NCBI GenBank assembly: GCA_964016885.1
Contig: OZ024740.1
Span: 68,510,001 to 68,574,000, forward strand
Reading direction: 5' to 3'
DNA length: 64,000 bases
Source: Eledone cirrhosa
Taxonomy: Eukaryota
The notes beneath the pieces were generated by a model that had not been told where the DNA came from, did not search any database, and saw nothing but the letters and a program-made list of their open reading frames with translations. How positions within the stretch are numbered: position 1 is the first letter of the stretch; every line of letters begins with the position of its first letter. Below, piece by piece: positions 39,523 through 52,504 of this stretch. The translations under genes were made by a program, and so were the position numbers.

Positions 39523-39999
39523 GATTTTGTATTCATAATGTACACACCCTTAATATTATTGAATGAGTAAGGGAAGGCCGAAGCGGTACCGATTTGTAAA
39601 CACACGCACACACTCACACACATACATATATACATGCATACATATATATGTATATATACCACACCATAACTCTCTTAGGAGACTTGTTAGAATTCCAAAC
39701 GTTAGTGTCTCACGTTTTTAACCATCTTTTCGTAGTTCTGACATGATGACATCTTAATACATCGACGTATGCGAATTGATTACACATAAACATACGCCTC
39801 TAATACATATGTATTTGTCGGAGCAAACACCATTATTTGCAAATCAAACACTAGTTTTACGCTTTTACATGTATACTGATTGCAATACCTTGACTGCGAC
39901 TATACTTTTACCATTGCTTCAAGAATATCGATATGATAATTGCTAAAATGAAAGGGCTAAAGTGCAATACCACCCTCATGGCAGGTTGTATTGCACCAG

Positions 40000-40990
40000 C
40001 AGGCCTTGCTGCAGTGGCAGCTGACATCAGCAGCTGTCAACTTGCAATCGAGTCGGCATTAAGACATCAGAGCAAAGGAGAAATAAGTAGTGGGAAGAAA
40101 GAGGAGCATGCAGACGTTAGAGAGTGGAATCAGTGCCTTTGGAGGACATCGTCTTCACATGCAGTAACTGCAATAGGACTTGCCGGTCGAGGATCGAGCT
40201 CTACGCACACAGCAGGCGCTACATTTCCATGGCACAATCTCCATTGTCTCGTGAGAAAGACAGATGCCAGAAATATATGTATATGTCAAATGTCAACATG
40301 CTAAGACTGACTGGGCTGGTGTGGGGGAGTGGAGCACTGACGGAACACATCAGGATTCGAGTCTGCCATTCCTGTATTCTTGGCGCTTTGCTCTGCGTTG
40401 GTGGAACCTGGAGCATCTGCATAAGATGAGAGCGGGGTCTCAGACGCATCCTCGGAGTCAGCTGGCAGGCCCATATCCCACACAATGACATCCTATGTGC
40501 CAGGATTCTCAGCATGTATTCCTGGCTGAACCACCCCCGTATTCGTTGGGTAGGAAATATTCAGTCTATGGAAGATGGGAGGTTGCCAAAAGACAACCTG
40601 TAAGGACAGCTGGCCACAGGCACCAGGATAGTGGTTCAACCATCTTTCCGTTCCAGGGACGCATGCAAGAGAGATATGAAAGCCTGCAACTTCCCACCTT
40701 CCAGCTGAGAGAGACAGGCTGGAGACCGCGATGTCTGCCGTCAGACTGTCGGCAAGGACATTGCAGATGCAGATGCGAAAAGATATGAACATGCAGTAGA
40801 AAAGAGAGACCGAAAAAAGCGCATCGTAGACATACCAACAACTCGGGATCCTACATATATCTGCCTAGTGTGCAACCAGATCTGTCACTCACGCATCGGT
40901 CTGCACAGTCGCGGTAGACAATGCCAAATACTAGCTATGCATCCAGTTCGCTTTAAGTAAGGTTTTCCGATACTGAGCTGCCAATGATGA
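40000..40990 (+). mobile_element. Two adjacent RTE 3'-end fragments (about 40000-40270 and 40330-40990)
   Basis: C-terminal RTE zinc-finger-like CSNCNRTCRSRIELYAHSRR and CLVCNQICHSRIGLHSR. Confidence 0.75.
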
Positions 40991-41100
40991 TATATAGGTA
41001 TGTATTATGTATGCAAAAGGGAAATGCTAATAGCAAAGCAAACACCACAGTTCGATGAAGTAATATATTGATTTAATGCCTTATGTAGTAGGATGAAAGA

Positions 41101-41134
41101 CTTTACGTTTCAGACATTCGTCCTTCACCAGAAG
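41101..41134 (-). ncRNA. Degenerate minimal hammerhead
   Basis: CUU-CUGgUGA-A GGAC GAAU GUCU-GAAA-CG-UA-AAG. Confidence 0.5.
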
Positions 41135-41602
41135 ATAGAATGAGAAATAAAAGATGAAATAGAAAAATAGAGAGTGAGAAGAGAAAGAAATGGACAAATT
41201 AATTGGAGAAAACGTACAAGTATATTCAGTCAGCCATTTTGGGGGTAAAAGTCACATGCTCAGAAACTCGTGGGAGTAAAACTATATAATGATACACATA
41301 TGCGTACAAATACACGACTAACAAGCAAACATGTGCATACAACAGAGATGCTACTATAAAGACAAAGCGAAAAAGAAACCAAGAAGGGCTATCTGTAAAA
41401 GATTTGAAATGAAGATATTCACAGGATGAAATTATCCATTGAAAACGTTAGAGAATGTGTGACGAAAGGGTTTTGGCAAAGATTCGGTTGACAATACACA
41501 CATGTATGTATGTGTGCATGTGTGCAAGTGTGTCTGTGTGTTTGTATCTATGCTTCTCATTATATATTGGTACTCCGAAAGAGGTGTCTGTGCTGTATGT
41601 GG

Positions 41603-41703
<101 letters not shown>

Positions 41704-41771
41704 ATATATATATATAGAGAGAGATGTATGTATATATATATATTATTAGATATATAGTTAAATAGATAGAC

Positions 41772-41824
<53 letters not shown>

Positions 41825-42065
41825 TATTTCTTTATTAGCCACAGGGGCACAAAAGAAGGGGACAAATACAAAGGGGGAAGTTTACATACAATAAAAACGT
41901 GTAAAATGTTATCACAAATGTAATTTAAAAAGTTAGTCGATTTTCCCCAATAGAGGGAGACAGTTTATATGGGTAACACATACCCCCGAAAAAAAATGTG
42001 CAACCCTCATCACCAGGAGTACGAAGAGGTTGTACTCCTTTCCTCTCCTCCTCCTTTTCCTCAAC

Positions 42066-45000
42066 CTACAGGCTGATATAGAGAGAAGGCCCATTCACTC
42101 GGGCCATTCTCGCCACCTTCACCCACCTTTCATAAAACTTGCTGGGGTACAGCACCTCTCTCTCCATCCTGATTCTTCTTCCAAAGTGGTATTTGAAAAA
42201 AAGAATCAGTTGTTGGCCGGAGGGAAAGGTGTCTGACCTCAGCCCTTTCAACCTTGTCTGCCATACAACCTCTTTCGCCATAGCTATCACACAAAGGAAA
42301 ACCGCCTCTCCTTCGTTTTTGAAGGAGGGTGGCGGTTTGATCATGACAATGGACTCGGTGGCCAACTGGATTGGTCCCACCCGCGGCAATAGTCGTTCTA
42401 CATAGCCCCACAGGTCAGTGACGCCCGGACAGTGTATGAATGCGTGCACGACGGTTTCTTCGTCTCGCACGCACCTCGGACAGATCTTTTTTGCAGGGTC
42501 CCTGCCCGGGCGCCCATGTCTGTAGAGCCTGTCTCGAACTGGTAGAGCTCCTCGATAGCATGCCGGCCCAGAGACTTTTGGAAGTTGTCCATCGGTCCCG
42601 GGCGGAAGGTCCTACCGGACAGACTGGCCAGTTCATCTTCCTCTACGCCTAGAGTTTCACCGAGCGCGTCGTCGCACTTGCTGCAGACCAACCCTCTATA
42701 GAATGAGGAAGTGGAGTCTCCACTGATCGCCGGGTCCGCCTGCCAGAGGGCTGTGAGCGCCTGAGCACATTCGAGGTGCCAGTCGCCCATTTTCCTCGGT
42801 CTTTGCTTGACCCAGGACTGCAGCTCGGTCAGCGAGACGAGTCGTGGGAAGGCTCGCCTCACGAACGGGGCCCACACCGGTTGTCCGGTGAGGAATACGT
42901 AGAGATGCCGCAGCCTGAGCGCTAGTTTGCGCATCGTCAACCACGGCAACCCCAGCCCTCCGTTAGAAGGGTGTTGGCAGCAGATGGATCTTCTCACCAA
43001 AGGAGCCAGCCTCTTCCAAAGGAATCGGAAGAGCGCGCGCTCCATTTTGGCGAGCGTTTTGTCTGGACAAGGCACGAGGGTCAAGCGGTAGTATATGGTT
43101 GACGCTATAAAAGTGTTCGCCACTTCCGCTCGACCTTTCAAGGATAGTTTGCCCTCGGCCCACTTCTGGGTGAGTGCAAAGACCTTGGCCGTCACTTCGT
43201 TCCAGTTCTTCTCGACCTGGAGGTCCGGACCAAACCAGACCCCGAGCAGCTTTACCGGTCCTTCCGTCCAGCGTCCGACGATGCCATCGGAAGGCATCGG
43301 TTTGCCTCTCCACGATCCGAGTTGCAAACCGATGGACTTGTCCCGGTTCAGCTTCGCTCCTGTGAGACTTTCGTATTCCTTCAGTAAGGTGCCGACTTCC
43401 TCGATTTGTGAGGCGCTCGACACCATTACTGTCACATCGTCGTCGTAGGCCGACGCCGCTTTCCGCAGTCCCGGTTCCAGAGGGATACCCTGCAATAGCT
43501 CCAGCTTCCGCAGTAGTGGCTCGAGAGTCAGTACGTACAGAACTGAGGAGAGAGGGCATCCCTGTCGAATGGATCGCGTAAAATGGAACGGGTCCGAGAG
43601 GTAGCCGTTCACATTGACCCTTGAGCAGATGTTGCTGTTGTGCATTGCAGTAATCCAGCCCCTGAACAGGGGTCCGAAGCCTGCCGCCTCGAGCACCGCA
43701 TCCAGGTAACGATGGTCAACCCTATCGAAAGCCTTAGACTGATCCAAGTTGATCAGGGCCCCACCGAAGATGGGTTTACACCCTACGCTCTCTATGATGT
43801 ATCGCATGAGGTGGAGGTTGTCATGTATGGAGCTGGTCGGGATTGCGCATATCTGCGCTTCTCCCACCATGTTCTCGACGACAAGCGCCAGCCTCTTTGC
43901 CAACACCTTGGCCAAAATCTGTAACTCTGTGTTTAGCAGAGTTATGGGCCGGAAGTTGCATATGTCATCCCCCTTATTCTCGTCCTTCCTGATTAGTGTG
44001 ACCACGCCCCGGTTACAGAACTGGGAATTCTCCCGTTCAGTTGCCAGTTGCAGTAGACTGCTTCCAGGAGACCGGAGATTAAGTCCAGCATTGCTACGTA
44101 AATTTCGTAGGGTAGACCGTCGAGACCAGAAGATTTTCGTTTGCCGCATTGGCTCAGCCCCTCCCCTATCTCAGTGGCTGAAATCGGCCTTTCGCAGAAC
44201 TTTGCCTCGCTGTCCGAGAGTCGCGGTAGGCCGTCGAGGTATGGACCGAAATCCATAGCCTCCCCCGGAGCCCCCCCCCCCCCCCCCACCCCGAACAGCT
44301 GAGCAAAGTGCCGCTGAAAAGCCGCACACATCTGCTTCGGTTCACGTATCACGCGGCCGTTTTCGTCCTTCAGAGACCGAATCGTGGACTTGTTGCCACT
44401 GTTTGCCTCTGTCACTCGGGCCCAGCTAACAGCTTTGGCTCCCTCGTTTCCCAGAGCACGTATTTTGCTTCTGACAACGTAGCCCTCGTGCTTTGCGTCG
44501 AAGAACTGGTCCAAGGCCGTTTCCGTTGCTAGCACGCTGGCTACGTTGCCACTTCTAATTGCCTCTTCTACTTTATCTACCAGTTCCTTCTCGGTTCTAT
44601 TTCTATCTACCGCTAATTCTTTACTAAAAACTATCGAGTCTAATCTAACTGCCCTCTTGAGAGAGTACCACCATCTGTTGTTGACAATGGCCCCTGTCAA
44701 GTGCTGTTTAACTAAAGTGCTAATCCGTCTACTGTAGGCTTTGCTTGTCGGTAACGACAAGTTCAGCTTCCAGTAGCCGGGTCCTTGTCTATGGGTTCTA
44801 TCAAATTGGCCATGCAGGTCACTAGTTTGTGATCAGAAATAGCAACCAATGACATTTGTGGACAGCTTAACATGTTCCTATCCTTATTTCTAACTAGAAC
44901 CCTATCTAGGTACGATCTAGATGTTCCGCTACGGAAAATCTAGTCGGAAAATCTAGTCGATATCTATCGGCCAGGTCAAATTGGTCGATTAACTGTTTGA

Positions 45001-45467
45001 GGCTGTTACACCCCCCTTTATCGGGACATGCTCCCACATAGTCCCAACGTGAATCTAGGATTCCATACCAGTCCCCCACTAAAAGCAAGGAGCTGGACGC
45101 TCCCAGAAAAGTCTCTAGACAATTGAAGAAGTCTGGCCGCGGTGTCCCGGATGGGGCATATGCGGCCATCAGCCTGAAGGCTCCACCTTCACTACCGTCA
45201 ACGTCTAGGAACACCAGTCGACCCTACGAGGCCCAGGTGTTTCCGCAGCAAAACGGCAACTCCTCCCCCACCCCCCGGTTGACAGAGAGATGCGTAGATC
45301 TCAAAGTCATCGAAGATGGGGGCCAGCTGTCGCTCGCCGTGGATCCTGGTCTCGCAAATGGCTACCACATTCATACTGTGCGACCTGATGTCGTTTAAGA
45401 GTTTGCCCTGTTTCCAGGGCATCCCCAGGCCGCGTACCTTCACACATCCAACTCTTATATTGGCCAT
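42066..45467 (-). pseudogene. Tx1-B ORF2 (APE-RT-CCHC), several frameshifts
   Basis: MANIRVGCVKVRGL, GDWYG, NFRPITLL, DQSKAFDRV, RQGCPLS, YDDD, EETVVHAFIHC spread over five ORF-track pieces. Confidence 0.9.
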
Positions 45468-45498
45468 GTTGGTGCTGAAAAGTTAAAAGAGGAAAGAG

Positions 45499-47370
45499 AT
45501 CACTCACCCTTCGCCTCCTGGGGATCAGGCCGCACGATATCCATGGGGGTGTTGGAGGGGTTGTCTGGATGGGTGGTGGTTTCCGGCGGGGTGGGGACGC
45601 AGATGTATGGTGGGGTGGGGGTGTCTTGGTGGGGAGACATTTGAGATGGACGCGGTTGAGTGGTTTCACGCAGGAATTCCCCACATCCTTCTCAAATGTT
45701 TCTTTTAGGGACCTATAAGTTTGTATAGGGACCCTAATCAGATTTAGGTTCAGTTTTTTTGCTATTTTTGATAGAGTGGGCGAAAGTTTTCCCTTCGGTT
45801 TTCACTGAAGGGTCGTTCGTGATGGTCTCCATTAGTGTTTTGTTTTCAGTGTTTATGTAAGTGTAAGTGCAATTTTCTTGTGTTGTTTTTGTTTTTGTCT
45901 GTAGTTCTTGTGTGTGCTTTCGTTTTGTTGTAGGTATTTTGTTTTCAGGAGGTGGGGGTTTTGTTTGTGATGTTTTTGTTGTTTGTGTTGGTGGTTGTAT
46001 GTTTGTGTAGTGTTTGCTGGTTTTTTGCTTTTGTGATGTCTTTCCTTTCTTTTCGAGCGATGGGGTTCTCCCTCGTCTTCACTGGGTGATGGCGAGATAG
46101 CCTCATCTGTTGTATCGTCTGTGTGATTGGGGAGGGGTATGTCTGCAGTGGTTTTAGGTGGAGTGGGGTTGGGTGGGAATGTGTTTGTTGTGGTTATTTT
46201 TGTGTGTTGGTGTTGTTGTTGTTGTGGTGGTGTTGGTGGTTGTGTTGTTTTGATGGGAGTCGGCAGAAGAGCCTTTTTTGGGTTCATTAATTTAGGACAG
46301 GAAGCCCTCAGGTGACCCCTGCTAAAGCAATGGTAACATGAAAGCCGCCTACCCTCAACCGAAAAATTTATGTAGGTGAGTCCGTCCAGGAGTACACGCT
46401 GTGGGATCATAGCTATTCGCTCCGGGCTCATTTGCACCAGAACTTCAATGCTAGTCCCATTGAATACATCTCTGGGGGACTTGCCTACTGACAGTATTCT
46501 GTCTTCATCAAAATGGATGAAGCCGCACAGTATCCACCATATGTTCACCTTTGGCGTGACACTCGTGATTCTGATCTTTTGTGTCCTTTATCCCATGTAT
46601 GTAGGGAAAAAGGTGTACAGGTTGTATACAATTGGCGACACAGAGTAATTTTGGGCCGTCAATTGATCCTTCATGAGTACCGAAATACTCCCAAAAAGTT
46701 TGCTTCTTTGAATGAATGCAATATCATTCATTGAATTTTTGAAAACCGGTTCCATTTCTTTCTGTGACAATTGGACTGGTTTTCGGGTAGAATTGGAAAC
46801 TGTCCTAAAAACAATCGTTTTGAGAGCAGTTTCCTTGCGAATTTCTACCAGAGAATTGATGCTGAAAGCACCATTTTTTTCGAAACTGACATATCGCCTA
46901 GCCTCCTTTAAAAGTTGTTCAGCATTTGTTATGTCGAGATATATCAATTCTTCCTTTTTTTGAACTTTCTCTGCAAAGGAGCTTTTTGGTTTCTTTGTGG
47001 AATCCGTATTGGTGGTGTTGTCATTATTGTTGTTATTGTTGTTGTTATTCTTGTTGTCACCGATGTTGGTATTATCCGTATTTTCCTTGGTGTTGTTGTT
47101 GTCTTTGATGCTGGTGTTATTGGTGTTGTCTTTATTTTTTTCTTTGTTGTTGTTATCATTGTTGCTTTTATCATCATTATTGGTGTTGCTGTTATTTTTG
47201 TTGTCAATGAATTGTTTGGTGTCATTTGTGTTGTTTGGATATGAATTCGTTTTTACATTTTCATTTCGTCTTTCCATCTCTATAGTATCTAGTGAAGAAG
47301 ACGTTGTTGACTGCGAGCTTGGTAGTCTTACCGCCTCTCCACCACCATTATCGTTGGACGCAGCGTTCAT
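45499..47370 (-). pseudogene. Tx1-B ORF1 (Asn-rich N-terminus, CCHC knuckle), frameshifted
   Basis: ORF pieces 46588-47370 and 45853-46548 (CYHCFSRGHLRASC) align with Tx1-A ORF1 (PTYMG/PSHMG, WWILC/WWILG, EGRR/EGKR). Confidence 0.83.
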
Positions 47371-47588
47371 AACGTAATCAAAATTTTAAAATATTTTTTC
47401 CAAGATTCGATGGAGAAAACATTTTCAAATGGATATTCCGCGCCTGTAGGGGCGAAAATGAGTTGACCCACCACCTGAAGGTTCAGACGTGGAGTCAAGT
47501 TACACAATGATATACAATTTAACTAAAAACTCACGGTTTTTTTCTTACATAAATTAACGGAAACTTCTCCGCGAAGTTACACACGTCT

Positions 47589-47683
<95 letters not shown>

Positions 47684-48518
47684 TCATTGATAGATATAAA
47701 GGAAGCTAGAGAAAGTAAGAGAGAGAGAGGCAGAATGTTAGGGAGATATATTTATATATAAATGCCTATCTTAACTTACGGCGCCAACACATCTTTTTTT
47801 TTTTCGAAATACCAAATCAACGTGTTCCTAAAGCTGTGTGTGTATTACGTCATTTCCAATATTTCTGTGAAGTAGAGCTTTCTTCTCCTCTGTATTAATT
47901 TCCCTTTGTTGCATATTATATATATTATATATCTGTTATTTCGATACTAATTTAAATCTAATTTTAAGTGGAAACCATTTGAAAATATGGCAAACTTGAT
48001 TGCTATTTTATCTTTATTTTAACTATCAATAATTTAGAAATAAAGTTTTGAAAGTCCCGTAGTTTTAAAAGGTTTTTTAAATACATTTTCAATCATTTTT
48101 ATTATACACTTATTTTTATATTCTTGTTTTCATTTAATCATGAATGATTTCTCTTTCTTTAGTAATTGTGCAGCTCACCGTTTTGTTTTCCTCTTACGAT
48201 ATTCTTTATTCTCTTACTTAATATAGTGTATATATTTTCCATCATTAAACATATAGCCGAACGCGTGCATATACAAACACGAATGCAAATTCACAGTAAT
48301 AATTATAGTTATTTTTCACAGGAAATACAGTTTTCATTGACTTCGAAAAGCCGATCTTAGCTAAAAATGTCTAAGTGAATGTCAACCTTTCCACTATAAA
48401 AATAAATTTCAAGATTTTCTGTATATACTAAGGCGATTTTAACTTAATATGTTACTGTTTGGGGGTAGGATTATACCTTGCACACACTCACGCGCGCGCA
48501 CGCACGCACACACGCACG

Positions 48519-48622
<104 letters not shown>

Positions 48623-50562
48623 CATATATGTCTGTACATGTGTCTGTTTGCGTGTCTGTATGTATGCTTAGAGAGGTATTTCGTTCCTTTTATTGCCTTC
48701 TTTAAAGTTTTAAAGGGAAAATCGTGGAACAAATACGAAATACTGGCTTTTCCAATTGAAATTACTGAAATTTTCGCAAAGAACCATTGCTGCTGCTTTC
48801 CTGGAATAGTAAGTTACGTTGTCTAAAAACAGACAGACTGTTTGCTTCCTTAAGTGTAGTGAGTAAGGAAGTGTTTATTGTCTGTTTAGCAAGGAAGGCC
48901 AAAGCCTGTACATTCCGTCTTTCGCATGCCACCAGCCGCTCAGTATCGGAATAACCAACGCATTTGTTAATTAACAACGACAGCTGCAGACTGGCTGCAG
49001 GCCAATTGTCTTTCTTTTACTCTTCCTCTACCAAATCCTCTATCTTTCCCTAGCTTTTTGTCTCCCTCCCTCTTTACATACATTCTACCTTCTTTCTAAG
49101 TCGTTTCCCCACACTTCTCTCAGTATTTCTCTTTCTCATATAGGCTAGGTTTCTTTACACATGCCAACAAAGACACACTTACACGTATACACATACATAC
49201 ACACCCCTTCTTCTCACATTAGCAGCATTTTGTTACTCATACCTTTATATACACTACTTCAAGTACACACGCAAACACACATACACGCATACACTCATGC
49301 ACACACAGATAAGAAACAAAATACGCGTGTGTATATGCACCCATATGTATGTTTGTGTATGTATGTGTGTGAGTATTTTTCATTGTGTATGTGTGTGCAT
49401 GTGTGTGTTTGGGGGTATGAATGTGTAATTTTATTTCTTAGCCGCCAGTGCAATTTAATCAATACTTCACGTTGCGTAGGCGAGTGAATAGTCTAAGGGA
49501 GCGAACTCACCCTGTCTCTCTTAACATATCTTACATATTTACTTACAACACCATCTCCATTGACACACACACAACACAACGCAACACACGCGTAGACACT
49601 GGTTTTCTATCTCCCTTTCTATTTCACCTCTCAACCCTCTCTTACGTTGCACTGCAGGCAGCTAAAATTTAGCTTGCACATTTGTGTACACTCCTCGTCC
49701 CTTCTTTAAACCTAGGTTGCCTGGGTTATTAATGAAGAGGCGGACCTAAGTCATATTATTCAATACAGTCATGTTCATTTATTCTGAGGTCAATTATGGC
49801 ATAGCCAGATACTCACTGAAATGTATTTCAGTTCATTTCAATTCTGTTTCTGTCATTATATACAAATAAAAGGAACACGGCATTACCGTCCGATCTACAA
49901 CAGCAAAATTTATACAAATCGAATGACAATGATAATTTTCTTTTTTGCTTTAATTAACACAAGGCTACATATATTCTATGATGAAATCGGCCTTTGATCT
50001 TCCCTATTGGCAACAACTTTTTTTAAAGATTTAATCAGAGCATGTTGATCTCTTTCCATGATCATTTTAAAGAGCATTCGAAATGAGGAAGGGGAATTAA
50101 TGAAGAAACCAAAACATTTTTGTTTTCCTCAGACAATTGACAAGGTCCTAATGGTTTGAAACAAATGGCTATTGTTAAAGATATCTCCTGGCCAAACGAG
50201 TGTGTTAATGGTGTTAAACTAGGCAACAGATGACGTCTAAAAGCTGAAAATTGAAACGGGGTAGCCGTTGGGACCCCTCAAATTCATTGTGTATGTGTGT
50301 GTGTGCGTGTGTGTATGCGTGTGTTTGTGTGTGTTTGTGTGCGTGTAGAAGGTAGAAACCAGTTAGACCACTAGAGTGGGAAATTTGTACCCGGACGGAG
50401 CTCAGCCGTCCGTTTCAACAGCTAGATCTGAATTCGGGGTCCTAGATTTGTTCATATATACACGCACACACACACACACACACTCACTCACTCACACACA
50501 TACCCCCCCCCACACATATATATATATATATTATTATTATTGCAGCACAGTTAAGTCCCTTT

Positions 50563-50910
50563 ACGGACTGAGTTCAAATCACGCCGAGGTTAACTTTGCC
50601 TTTCTTCCTTACGGGGTCGATAAAATAAAGTACCAGTAATACACTGGGATAATTGCTAGCCTTGTGCCAAAAGTATTAACAATTATTATTATCACGAATA
50701 AAGAAACCATTATTATTACTAATGGTGAATTGGCAGTATCGGTAGAGGCTCGGACGTTTGATTTTCAGCAGGGTTACGTGCCTTTACGGTTTGAGTTCAA
50801 ATCCCGTTGAGGTTAACTTTGCCTTTCATCCTTACGGGGTCGATAAAATAAAGTACTAGTAATGCATTGGTGAACTGCTGGCCTTGTGCCCAAAATAAAA
50901 ACAATTATTA
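50563..50910 (+). mobile_element. Two tandem copies of the same SINE (partial 50563-50690, full about 50721-50910)
   Basis: Both carry the B box and GGGGTCGATAAAATAAAGTAC body and end in (ATT)n. Confidence 0.85.
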
Positions 50911-51123
50911 CCCGTCGGGGTAAAACATTTTCCTATATATATACCTGTGTGTGTGTGTGTGTATACCAATCCTCCTTGTAATCTTATTTCACTATAATAC
51001 ACTCTGTCTAGCTATACCCCTCTACACTGAACTGAACTTAAACATCGAGTGCTCACACGGGTGAACCTACAGTAACTCCAAGTTGCACTCCCTGGATATA
51101 TATATATATATGTATATATATAT

Positions 51124-51442
51124 ATTAATTCAAAATATTAATAAATATAGACATTCAGTGTATTCAAAATATATTTTATTATATATATTTCGGAGGTACT
51201 GTGCTATTTTTTCAGTACGTCCTCATCAGGTAAAATATATAAATTGATGTATGACATACCTCAACTGTGCTGCCCAGACTGGAATTGTACCATCAGCACA
51301 GTTGAGGTATGTCATACATTAATTTATATATTTTATCTGTTGAGGACGTACTGAAAAAACAGCACAGTACCTCCGAAATATATATAATAGAATATATTTT
51401 GATTACGTTGAATGTCTATATTAATTAATATTTTGAATTAAT
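51124..51442. mobile_element. Palindromic element (family D) with two hammerheads (51169-51240 -, 51326-51397 +)
   Basis: Arms 51124-51272/51294-51442; CUGAUGA-GGA C GUACUG..CAGUAC C UCC-GAAA-UAUAUA-UA; plus copy core mutated to CUGUUGA. Confidence 0.85.
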
Positions 51443-51760
51443 ATTAATAACTCAAAAAAATGTTTACTGTTATAGTGTTTCTAATCTATTGTAAAACTAT
51501 ATTCATTGATTAATCAATGAACCTTGTTTTTGTCTTTGCGTGTAATTGTTTCACCGCTAAAATAATGAGGTTTTATCTTCGTTTTTTTTCCGTTCTTTGC
51601 CAGGGAACGTTTCCACGAACCAAAGTATCGTTTCCTGTCTCCCTCCGGTTGCAACGTTTTTGAAATATTTACTTCTGCGTTCGCAGATTGACTTTTTTAG
51701 TTTCAGAAGATCCCCTTAGGTGTGAAAGCAGCGATTCTTTGCTTAAAGTTTAATCTGTTA

Positions 51761-52423
<663 letters not shown>

Positions 52424-52504
52424 GAGGTGAGTTTTATTGTACCGCAATAAAGCAATGCAAATATCGGATAAGTAGCACTCTACAGTTTGTAGGACAGGAG
52501 TATA

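Larger units (their letters stand above)
41825..47589 (-). mobile_element. Full-length, more decayed Tx1-clade LINE 'Tx1-B' inserted in (TATC)n/(GATA)n
   Basis: ORF1 and ORF2 pieces homologous to Tx1-A; 3' end CCCTGTGGCTAATAAAGAAAT matches Tx1-A CCCTTGTGGCCAATAAATGAAAT; 5' end begins (A)GACG; (GATA)n at about 41762-41823 and 47589-47682. Confidence 0.92.
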
